64,000 nucleotides of DNA, taken from positions 119,706 through 183,705 of IMG/VR virus record IMGVR_UViG_3300008122_000001, one strand, 5' to 3'. Origin of the DNA: a virus. Its lineage: Duplodnaviria > Heunggongvirae > Uroviricota > Caudoviricetes. The notes under the pieces are model-generated. The model was not told where the DNA came from and did not search any database. It worked only from the letters and a program-made list of their open reading frames with translations. Below, in pieces: positions 56,947 to 64,000 of this stretch; the first letter of the stretch is position 1; the number at the start of each line of letters is the position of its first letter. The position numbers and the translations under genes are program-made.

Positions 56947-57298
56947 CTTAGATTTGCAGAAACTGTATTGATAAAACATCTCAAAGAAGTATCTATGGAA
57001 TACTTAATGCTCAAGGTAAAGTAATTAGATTTACTTTTTCTAAATCCTTAGCATTATTTTTATGTACTTATGATCCCACTTATACTCATAGAAAATTTAG
57101 ATTTAAAGTTGGTGATATAGCTAACCCAAGTTCTAAAGATTGTGTGTTTGCTATTGTTTCATATACTGGTGCTGTTTTAAGAATGGCTACTACTTATGAT
57201 AGAGCAGAAGTATTGTGTGATAATAATTATAGATTTGTTTTTGAAGCTAAAATCAAAATGAAATAAATTAATTTATATATGGGTTTTGAAAGTAATTG

Positions 57299-57373
57299 TA
57301 TAGTGTAACTCAGTTGGTAGAGTAGTCTTCCCTTTCGGAGGAAAAGTCGCTGGTTCGAGTCCAGTCTTATATG
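57299..57373 (+). ncRNA. tRNA-like element (canonical D- and T-arms, non-canonical anticodon region and acceptor)
   Basis: D-arm ACTC-AGTTGGTA-GAGT and T-arm GCTGG-TTCGAGT-CCAGT are textbook; the middle segment forms TCTTC-CCTTTCG-GAGGA (C33, UUU, C37) and the acceptor does not pair. Confidence 0.3.
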
Positions 57374-57416
57374 GAGATTAGTAAGAACTCATCTACAAAT
57401 TAATAAGGTTAATCTC

Positions 57417-57620
57417 GTGAAATATTTAATATTACCTTTCATTATTTTACTATCTTCTTGTAGACTAGAAAGTAATGTAAGTACAGAATATAAAGAACCA
57501 CCTGAAACTGTTGAAGAATATTGTGAAAATTATTCTTCCCATTTAGTTGAAGGAAGTAAAAAAGATAATAGTTATCAAGGATGTGTTACAAAATACTCCG
57601 ATGATTTTGAAAAGGAATAA
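57417..57620 (+). CDS. small lipoprotein
   Basis: MKYLILPFIILLSSC lipobox (LSSC). Confidence 0.5.
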   Translation: MKYLILPFIILLSSCRLESNVSTEYKEPPETVEEYCENYSSHLVEGSKKDNSYQGCVTKYSDDFEKE

Positions 57621-57623
57621 AAT

Positions 57624-57848
57624 ATGCCTAGTCATATAGTATTAAATATAGGTGCAACTTTTTTAGCTATTATTAATACAGCTCTAATTTTGTATTATAT
57701 TTATGTATCATGTGTTGTAAATATATATTCAACACCTTTATTTATAACACTTATTGGATATATTTTTGCTGGTGTATCTTTAGTCTTTCTTTATTTTACT
57801 TGGTTTTTAATTTATAAAATATGGAAAATACCTTATTCAAAAGATTAA
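57624..57848 (+). CDS. small two-TM membrane protein
   Basis: ORF track; two long hydrophobic helices. Confidence 0.45.
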   Translation: MPSHIVLNIGATFLAIINTALILYYIYVSCVVNIYSTPLFITLIGYIFAGVSLVFLYFTWFLIYKIWKIPYSKD

Positions 57849-57860
57849 TTAACACTTTAT

Positions 57861-58009
57861 GGAGATAGCTATAAACATTTGTTCTAGACAATGTAAGCTT
57901 TATAGAAGGTAGCTCCTGATTGTCTCCGCCCTACATAGAAGAGATAGCTTAAAAGATGAAAGCAGAGTATTATGCTCAAGATCGAGGTTTGACTCCTTAC
58001 TCTTCTCCA
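57861..58009 (+). ncRNA. structured intergenic RNA candidates (two tRNA-like/hairpin elements)
   Basis: GGAGATA...TGTCTCC 7-bp closing stem around an elongated hairpin (57861-57928); second element with acceptor-like AGAAGAG/CTCTTCT + CCA (57938-58009) but non-canonical inner arms. Confidence 0.25.
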
Positions 58010-58028
58010 GAATAATTAGGAATAAATT

Positions 58029-58604
58029 ATGGGATTATTTATATTAGATCGTTCTGATAAACCTAATATTAAAACTCGTTTAGAAACAGCTAAAGAAAAT
58101 TTAAACTTATTTTTAAAACATAATAAAAGTGATTACAATTATCTTATTACTGATTTTGCTTTAACATATTTAAATGATGTTAAAACTGGATTATCTAAAT
58201 TAACGAATTGGCATAAAATAGACCCTTCTCAACAAACTATTGATAAATTTTGGGAAGAATTTAAAGAATCAAGTAAACATTCTCAAAGTTGTCATTCAAT
58301 TTTTGTTTCTGCTTTTCAGTCTGCATTATATGATCATCTAAACGATTTAAATCTAATAGAAAATAGTGGTTCAGATTATATATTAGTAGAAAAAGAAGAA
58401 TATTATCAAAATATTGTAGTACCTATTAATGACTTTGTTACCCTACGTTCTAATAAACATTTCCCTTCTGGGAAATATACAAATAAAGTAATAGGTTATA
58501 CTTCTCATCCTGAAACAAAAAAACTTTCTTATGTTTTTGAAGATGATGAAATAACAGAAATTACAAAATGTATTTCTTTAAATGATAAACACATAAAAAT
58601 ATAA
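58029..58604 (+). CDS. hypothetical protein
   Basis: ORF track; RBS aggaataaatt. Confidence 0.5.
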   Translation: MGLFILDRSDKPNIKTRLETAKENLNLFLKHNKSDYNYLITDFALTYLNDVKTGLSKLTNWHKIDPSQQTIDKFWEEFKESSKHSQSCHSIFVSAFQSALYDHLNDLNLIENSGSDYILVEKEEYYQNIVVPINDFVTLRSNKHFPSGKYTNKVIGYTSHPETKKLSYVFEDDEITEITKCISLNDKHIKI

Positions 58605-58615
58605 TAAAGTTTCTA

Positions 58616-58960
58616 ATGATTAAAATGAATTTTAAAACTATACTCTCTACACAATATTGTATTGAACCTATTCAAAAGAATCTTTTTAAATTAGGTTTTA
58701 CTTGGGAAGATAAAACAACTAAAGTATATCCTTGGAATGAAATTTCTGAGTATTATTTATTTCTTGATATGAAAAATAAAATTTTATATTTAAGATCTAA
58801 ATATATGAGTATACATACTTTTTTTAAATCTGAAGCTCAATATATTGATTACAGTAATCTTCTTTATGGTTTAGATCGAATCAAAAAATATGATTGGGAT
58901 CAAAAACAGTATGAGAATATGGTTTACTGGGAAAAAGAAGGCTATAAATATGAAATATAA
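58616..58960 (+). CDS. hypothetical protein
   Basis: ORF track. Confidence 0.5.
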   Translation: MIKMNFKTILSTQYCIEPIQKNLFKLGFTWEDKTTKVYPWNEISEYYLFLDMKNKILYLRSKYMSIHTFFKSEAQYIDYSNLLYGLDRIKKYDWDQKQYENMVYWEKEGYKYEI

Positions 58961-59013
58961 TAAGGCCTCTAATAATTAAAAGGTTAGTTATAATAAATAT
59001 AGGGTAATTTTAA

Positions 59014-59256
59014 ATGTGGTCAGAATTAATAATGTTTTTTAAAACTATTGATACGAAATTAACTGTATTTGAAAACATTAATACATTATATTATATCGTT
59101 AATTTTAATCCTACTTCATTGTACTGCCATTTGTATATAGTATTACAAAAATACTATAATAATTATACATATGATGTAGCAAGAGATGGTAGTTGGATTA
59201 AAATTAATAATATTAAATATTATTTTGATAATACTAAAAGCTTAATTGTAAGTTAA
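59014..59256 (+). CDS. hypothetical protein
   Basis: ORF track. Confidence 0.45.
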   Translation: MWSELIMFFKTIDTKLTVFENINTLYYIVNFNPTSLYCHLYIVLQKYYNNYTYDVARDGSWIKINNIKYYFDNTKSLIVS

Positions 59257-59354
59257 TGCAGAATAAAAGATCTAGAAGGAATAGGCTAGGTTAATGATAA
59301 TTGCAATCCCTGTTTGGCTCGAACCCAATATTCTGCCCATATAAAGGTAATAAA

Positions 59355-59732
59355 ATGTGTGTTAAAAAATATGCTGTTTGTGCATTAGTATTAAACAGTG
59401 AAGGTCTTATTCTTGGTGTCAGTCGTAAAGATGACCATACTGCTTTTGGTGTTCCTGGTGGTAAAGTAGAAGATAATGAAACAGTAGAAGAAGCACTTCA
59501 TCGAGAAATGCTAGAAGAAACTGGTTATCATATTATTATAGGGGATGAACTCCCTTTTATTTCTGATGTAGATGGTTATACAACTGCTACATTTAAAGTA
59601 AAAATAGATACAGATGCTATTCAATATCAAGTTACTGAAACTGGTGTTGTTAAATATGTATCAAAACAAACCTTATTAGATGGTCCTTTTGGTCAGTATA
59701 ATAAACAACTTTTTGAATTCTTTAATATTTAA
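59355..59732 (+). CDS. Nudix hydrolase
   Basis: GVPGGKVEDNETVEEALHREMLEETG is a complete Nudix box (GX5EX7REUXEEXGU); ATG 59355 with aaaggtaataaa RBS preferred over 59301. Confidence 0.65.
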   Translation: MCVKKYAVCALVLNSEGLILGVSRKDDHTAFGVPGGKVEDNETVEEALHREMLEETGYHIIIGDELPFISDVDGYTTATFKVKIDTDAIQYQVTETGVVKYVSKQTLLDGPFGQYNKQLFEFFNI

Positions 59733-59914
59733 TGAATGATTATAAATCAAGAAAAGAAAAAAGAACTAAGTATTTTTATGAACATATTTATAAAAAGAAA
59801 TTAATACCATGTACAGCATGTAATGGAAGTGGTTGGTATGATAATACTAGAGCTGATGGTTCTAGTATTTCTTGTAGCTCTTGTGACGGAAAAGGAAAAT
59901 ATCGTGAGAATTAA
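59732..59914 (+). CDS. small zinc-ribbon protein
   Basis: CTACNGSG ... CSSCDGKG. Confidence 0.5.
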   Translation: MNDYKSRKEKRTKYFYEHIYKKKLIPCTACNGSGWYDNTRADGSSISCSSCDGKGKYREN

Positions 59915-59930
59915 TCTTGATGGTTGGGAA

Positions 59931-60122
59931 ATGACTAAAGGTTCTTTCTACAATAAAGAACATGATATAACTATTCATCGTACTTGGGATTATTATTCTA
60001 AAAAAGCTTATTGGATATGTAAACATCCAGGATTTAAAACAGAAGATTTTCCTACTGTTTTTGAAGCTATTTTAAAAGTTCAGAGAAGATTCGATGCAAA
60101 ACATTCTAATAAAAATGGTTAA
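59931..60122 (+). CDS. small hypothetical protein
   Basis: in-frame ATG after the upstream stop (the track start at 59823 overlaps the previous gene); a GTG at 59904 is an alternative. Confidence 0.4.
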   Translation: MTKGSFYNKEHDITIHRTWDYYSKKAYWICKHPGFKTEDFPTVFEAILKVQRRFDAKHSNKNG

Positions 60123-60128
60123 ACTAAC

Positions 60129-60302
60129 ATGACGTATGATCAAATAGTAAGTGAATATAAAAAATTAATGGATAATGGTTATAATCCAAATATTATCTTT
60201 GTGGAAGTAGATTCTGAAGGGTATATTGTTCAACAACGTGGTCCTGAATTACCATATAAAATAAAACCTGAAGATATTGAATTTAAGAATCCCTCTGTCT
60301 AG
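60129..60302 (+). CDS. small hypothetical protein (57 aa)
   Basis: own translation MTYDQIVSEYKKLMDNGYNPNIIFVEVDSEGYIVQQRGPELPYKIKPEDIEFKNPSV; TAG stop. Confidence 0.35.
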   Translation: MTYDQIVSEYKKLMDNGYNPNIIFVEVDSEGYIVQQRGPELPYKIKPEDIEFKNPSV

Positions 60303-60648
60303 TATATACAAGCATACATACAGCACTATATTATACGTAATATAGGTTAGTATGGTAGGTCGCTCCTACAAATTATACTGAAGTTTATCAGATCTTCTAA
60401 AAACTGCTGCTAAGAGAGAAGCATAGACTAGTCTGGTTCTATGTGGTGATTATTATAGACTTAGAGTATTAATAAATACAATTGGTTATTAATACAATCT
60501 ATAATCGGGATAACGTAACATAAGACGTTAGGATGTTACAGTTCGTGGGAGCTTTAAGCCACAGTCAAAACCCTTGACTAAACGTGATTGACAGATGGGT
60601 GACTTTAATGGGACTTAATTTTGAAAGTAAAATTGTCCTATCTTTTAT

Positions 60649-60795
60649 GGAAAACGACTAAAGGAATTGTAATAATTGTGCACAAATTTTTATATGAACT
60701 TATGTGGTCAGTCAGGAAAGAAAAACTTATTATTTTAGAATGCATTCTGTTTAATATAGTTCTATTTTTACTAGGTTCGACTCCTAGGTTTTCCT
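60649..60795 (+). ncRNA. possible structured RNA ending in a tRNA-like T-arm/acceptor module
   Basis: CTAGG-TTCGACT-CCTAG followed by GTTTTCC; perfect complement GGAAAAC lies 140 nt upstream (60649-60655), a near-complement GGAAAGA 74 nt upstream; lies in a 520-bp ORF-free, GC-richer intergenic region. Confidence 0.25.
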
Positions 60796-60820
60796 ACTAA
60801 TTTATTAAAGAGTTTTATTA

Positions 60821-61018
60821 ATGACAAATAAAAAAATAAAAGTTGAAGTTTTTTCTGCTCAAAAATATAAAGATTTAGAAGTTCAAATTAATTCTTGGCT
60901 TAAAAATAAACAACCTGAAGAAATAAAAAATATACACTACTCAACTTCTTTAGCAGAAGGACCTCATACTATGTCTAGTATGTACTCTGCTTTAATTACT
61001 TACACTACTTATGAGTAA
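60821..61018 (+). CDS. hypothetical protein
   Basis: ORF track. Confidence 0.45.
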   Translation: MTNKKIKVEVFSAQKYKDLEVQINSWLKNKQPEEIKNIHYSTSLAEGPHTMSSMYSALITYTTYE

Positions 61019-61181
61019 TAGAAATGGCAGAAGGGCTAAGCCTAATAAAAAACATAAATTTCATCTAGCAAATAAAATCTGCCCTGTTTGTCAAAACAGT
61101 TTAGATAAGTGTGGTATACATGATCATAAAGGTCATGGACATCATAGAATATGTAAAACTTGTAATTATTCTAATTTTTAA
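61011..61181 (+). CDS. small basic zinc-finger protein (56 aa)
   Basis: own translation MSNRNGRRAKPNKKHKFHLANKICPVCQNSLDKCGIHDHKGHGHHRICKTCNYSNF; ATG overlaps the upstream stop (TTATGAGTAA). Confidence 0.4.
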   Translation: MSNRNGRRAKPNKKHKFHLANKICPVCQNSLDKCGIHDHKGHGHHRICKTCNYSNF

Positions 61182-61192
61182 AGGATTATAAT

Positions 61193-61393
61193 ATGAATTT
61201 AAAAGAATATAATTATTGTAAACGACATCATCCTTATGCTTTGTCTCGTTACCTTAATATAAAAATTAATAGAATTACTTCTTATAATCCTGATGCAATG
61301 ATACATGATGCAGGTACATATCTGCCTAAATCAGATGCTACTTATCACTATTTAAATATTCCTAGATTTATTACATTAAATTATTTAATTTGA
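61193..61393 (+). CDS. hypothetical protein
   Basis: ORF track. Confidence 0.45.
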   Translation: MNLKEYNYCKRHHPYALSRYLNIKINRITSYNPDAMIHDAGTYLPKSDATYHYLNIPRFITLNYLI

Positions 61394-61400
61394 GAAAATT

Positions 61401-61763
61401 ATGACTATCTATTCTGAAACTCATCCTACAGAACTCTCAAAAGAATTTTGTGATTCTATGTTTAAAGAACATGGATTATTTAAACCTATTCTTGATCCTG
61501 CTACTTCTTTTATGAAAGATACTGAGTATGTGTTTGTAAGAGTTAAAACTTGTGATATTTGTAATAAATTTGATGTAACTAAACTTTGTATGCCAACAAG
61601 AAATCAAGAAATCTTTTTAAAGATTTATCATATTTGTTATAACTGTCATTGGGACTTAACTAATTATGCTATTAATCCTAGTACAATAGATTATTGTCGT
61701 TTTATTAAAGAAGCTTCTATAAATATCTTAAAGAAAAAAAGTACAGTATTTAACTATGAATAA
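61401..61763 (+). CDS. hypothetical Cys-rich protein
   Basis: CDICNKFD ... CYNCHWD. Confidence 0.5.
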   Translation: MTIYSETHPTELSKEFCDSMFKEHGLFKPILDPATSFMKDTEYVFVRVKTCDICNKFDVTKLCMPTRNQEIFLKIYHICYNCHWDLTNYAINPSTIDYCRFIKEASINILKKKSTVFNYE

Positions 61764-62601
61764 TTTTAAAGATAAATTTGATGGCTGTTTTTTTGGTTCT
61801 ATTGTAGGTGATGCTTTAGGTATGCCTTATGAATTTAAACATCCATCTATTATTACTTATATTCCAGATATGATTCCTGGTGGTCCTTTTAATCTTCCTA
61901 AAGGTTGTTGGACAGATGATACTTCTATGATGCTTTGTTTAGCTGATTCTTTAATTGCTAAAAAAGGTTTTGACCCTCAAGATCAATTATTGAAATATCT
62001 TCGTTGGTATCAAGATGGATATAATTCAGCTATTGATGGTTGTTTTGATATTGGTAATCAAACACAAGATTCATTAGAAAGATTTGATAAAGATATTAAT
62101 TTAGTAGTAGCTCCCCCTACAACTTTTAAAGCTGGTAATGGGGCGTTAATGCGTATTAACCCTATTCCTTTAGTGTATATTAACTTAACAGATTTATTAG
62201 AGTATTCTAAAGCTAGTACAATTACTACTCATAATAATGAAACGTGTATTAATTATAGTAATTTATATTGTAATGCTATACGTGATCAATTATTAACAAA
62301 TCAAAAACTAACAATCAATTCTGCTGGATATGGTAACTGTTCTGGTTATGTAAAAGATTCTTATTATCTTGCCATTGATGCATTTAATAATACTACTTCT
62401 TTTGAAGACTGTATGGAATTTGTAATCAAGAAAGGTGGAGATACAGATACTAATGCTTGTATTGCTGGTATGTTAGCTGGAGCTTATTACGGATTAAGTG
62501 GTATTCCTTCTGATTGGGTTTCTAGTTTAATTGATGTTAAAGATTTACAAAAAACTTGTGATTCTTTATATAATTTACGTTTGGAATTAAATCAACAATG
62601 A
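61756..62601 (+). CDS. ADP-ribosylglycohydrolase (ARH/DraG family)
   Basis: FFGSIVGDALGMPYEF and GCWTDDTSMMLCLADSL match the ARH N-terminal metal-site motifs; C-terminal GGDTDTNACIAGMLAGAYYG matches the second ARH metal-site motif. Confidence 0.7.
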   Translation: MNNFKDKFDGCFFGSIVGDALGMPYEFKHPSIITYIPDMIPGGPFNLPKGCWTDDTSMMLCLADSLIAKKGFDPQDQLLKYLRWYQDGYNSAIDGCFDIGNQTQDSLERFDKDINLVVAPPTTFKAGNGALMRINPIPLVYINLTDLLEYSKASTITTHNNETCINYSNLYCNAIRDQLLTNQKLTINSAGYGNCSGYVKDSYYLAIDAFNNTTSFEDCMEFVIKKGGDTDTNACIAGMLAGAYYGLSGIPSDWVSSLIDVKDLQKTCDSLYNLRLELNQQ

Positions 62602-62819
62602 TTATTGTATATCAAGGTGAAAAGGAAACTCATCCTATAAATTTAGTTGTTGAATATGATTTAAATAAGAGTAACTGTAAAGATGAAAATTCTTATTTAA
62701 AACATTTACAAGAATTAGCTAAAGATCATAGTTGGGATAATTTACCTGATTATAAAAAAGCTATTTACAGTTATATAAAAGAAAATTATCCTTACCCTAC
62801 TATTTTAAATATCTTTTAA
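62598..62819 (+). CDS. hypothetical protein
   Basis: ORF track; ATGA overlap. Confidence 0.45.
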   Translation: MIIVYQGEKETHPINLVVEYDLNKSNCKDENSYLKHLQELAKDHSWDNLPDYKKAIYSYIKENYPYPTILNIF

Positions 62820-62831
62820 AAAGGAAGTAGC

Positions 62832-63191
62832 ATGTTAAGTGCAGCTCAACATCAAGAAATCTTATTTAAAGAAGCTAATGAAAAATTAGCTTCTAGTTTT
62901 TACCGTCATTCAGATGACATCGGACAAAACGTTCAAAATTTAGCTAAAGAACCTTTAGTTAAACCTTCATTAACTATAACTTATTTACACTCTGTACGTG
63001 AAGTAGTAAATGCTCATAACAAAGTTCTAGCTTTAATTTCACGAAAGAAATCATATTATTCTTATGAAGTTTATCGTAAAGATAATCCTAGTAAGGTTAT
63101 TGAAACTTTTAAATGTATTAAAAAAGCATATAATTTATCTAATAAATTAAATGAAACAGATGTGCTTGTTGTTACTAAACCTGTGGAATAA
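62832..63191 (+). CDS. hypothetical protein
   Basis: ORF track; RBS aaaggaagtag. Confidence 0.5.
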   Translation: MLSAAQHQEILFKEANEKLASSFYRHSDDIGQNVQNLAKEPLVKPSLTITYLHSVREVVNAHNKVLALISRKKSYYSYEVYRKDNPSKVIETFKCIKKAYNLSNKLNETDVLVVTKPVE

Positions 63192-63193
63192 TT

Positions 63194-63442
63194 ATGCAAG
63201 TTCAATATCATCATTTTAAAATAGAATTTTATCGTAGTGGTTTATTTCATGAACTACACGATGCTTGTAAAATAACTCACAAACTATCTGGTGAATCTGT
63301 AGAAAGTAATACTGAACCTTATATTTATAATAATAAGTTAAAAGCTTTTCAAGAACTTTTTACTAAATTAAATATAAATCAAAAGTTTCTAATGGATTTT
63401 GTCAATCAACCTGATATACCGAATTTTAAATATGCGCTTTAA
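63194..63442 (+). CDS. hypothetical protein
   Basis: ORF track. Confidence 0.5.
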   Translation: MQVQYHHFKIEFYRSGLFHELHDACKITHKLSGESVESNTEPYIYNNKLKAFQELFTKLNINQKFLMDFVNQPDIPNFKYAL

Positions 63443-63635
63443 TCTCATTCTTGTTGCACTTGTACTTCTTGTTTCTTTTGTAGTTATTTCTAAATACAAA
63501 CCAGAACCTAAGCCAATCTTAACCACTGAACAAATTAATAAAGCTTGTGAAGATTATTCACAAAAATCTACAGGTGATAAGCTTAAAGTTAAACAATTAT
63601 GTATTGATTATAAGCTTTATAATACGAGTAAATAA
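63432..63635 (+). CDS. small secreted/membrane protein
   Basis: ATG 63432 (MRFNLILVALVLLVSFVV signal/TM); the track start at 63399 is an in-frame alternative. Confidence 0.45.
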   Translation: MRFNLILVALVLLVSFVVISKYKPEPKPILTTEQINKACEDYSQKSTGDKLKVKQLCIDYKLYNTSK

Positions 63636-63637
63636 TT

Positions 63638-63889
63638 ATGTTATTTAATGTATTCTTAATAGGTCTTTTTGTTCTTTTTTTAATTTGTTATGTTATTTAC
63701 AAAGAATCTAAAGACTTATATGACACTAAAGAAGCAACTAAAAAAGCTTTTGTTATTACTTCTTGGAAACCATTTAAAATGGAAAAACAAGATTTTCCTT
63801 ATGTTGAATTAGTTAAAAGTCCTAATGGAAAATACTATAATAACGCTAGGAAAAAGAAAGAAGTAAAAGTTACTTTTATTTCTGTTTAA
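63638..63889 (+). CDS. small membrane-anchored protein
   Basis: MLFNVFLIGLFVLFLICYVIY N-terminal TM. Confidence 0.5.
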   Translation: MLFNVFLIGLFVLFLICYVIYKESKDLYDTKEATKKAFVITSWKPFKMEKQDFPYVELVKSPNGKYYNNARKKKEVKVTFISV

Positions 63890-63896
63890 TAATATC

Positions 63897-63925
63897 TTCT
63901 AGGAAACTAAACATTTCCTAGAAGT
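63897..63925 (+). terminator. hairpin / possible terminator
   Basis: 11-bp stem CTTCTAGGAAA/TTTCCTAGAAG with 7-nt loop; weak T-tract after it. Confidence 0.4.
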
Positions 63926-64000
63926 TAATTAAAGATGGGTATTTAGCCAAATGTGTGCTAGATATTCATCTTTAATTAATTTTTAAAAGAGAAACCTTAT

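Noticed and set aside
59257-59354. Minus-strand tRNA suggested by GGCTCGAACCC upstream of the Nudix gene
   Set aside because: The reverse complement gives only a 4-bp T-stem and no cloverleaf. The region is more simply the 5' leader (or N-terminal extension) of the Nudix gene.
1-64000. CRISPR array, integrase/transposase or prophage att sites
   Set aside because: No regularly spaced direct repeats with unique spacers and no tyrosine/serine recombinase or DDE transposase motifs were seen. The only mobile-element-like genes are the HNH and GIY-YIG nucleases.

Overview
This window is an AT-rich (~28-30% GC), very densely packed stretch of a large double-stranded DNA bacteriophage genome, read almost entirely on the + strand. 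The assignment rests on three observations. Shine-Dalgarno-like AAGGA motifs sit upstream of most starts. ATGA stop/start overlaps are frequent, consistent with translational coupling. The gene content is bacterial-type (GroES, PspA, RlpA, a TilS-like PP-loop enzyme, a lipoprotein lipobox).

About 140 small to medium ORFs have no recognisable function. Recognisable ORFs include a PurA/PurZ-family adenylosuccinate-synthetase homologue and four ADP-ribose-processing enzymes (macro domain, NADAR, ADP-ribosylglycohydrolase, Nudix). There are also a GroES homologue, a J-domain protein and PspA-like and SPFH/band-7-like proteins. Two vWA proteins are present, one of them possibly Ro60/TROVE-like. 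Further calls are a YqeY-like protein, a metallophosphoesterase, a dUTPase-like protein, an RlpA-like DPBB protein, a 2OG-Fe(II) oxygenase and a PP-loop ATPase. A freestanding GIY-YIG protein and a minus-strand HNH endonuclease are present. A 1139-aa protein carries beta-like (KAKGNG) and beta-prime-like (DIDGDH) double-psi beta-barrel (DPBB) motifs and is a candidate single-chain two-barrel RNA polymerase.

The most striking features are the paralogue expansions and an RNA-like region. More than 25 tandem paralogues of an ~80-100 aa protein family occur in four arrays, and a five-member membrane-protein family is scattered through the window. A 2.2-kb ORF-free, hairpin-dense, locally GC-richer region at 52.3-54.4 kb probably encodes structured RNAs. 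It is followed by an HNH endonuclease flanked by degenerate tRNA-like elements, one with a CUA anticodon-like loop.

No CRISPR array, rRNA or integrase/transposase was seen. All functional calls rest on motif recognition by eye and need an HMM or structure search to confirm.
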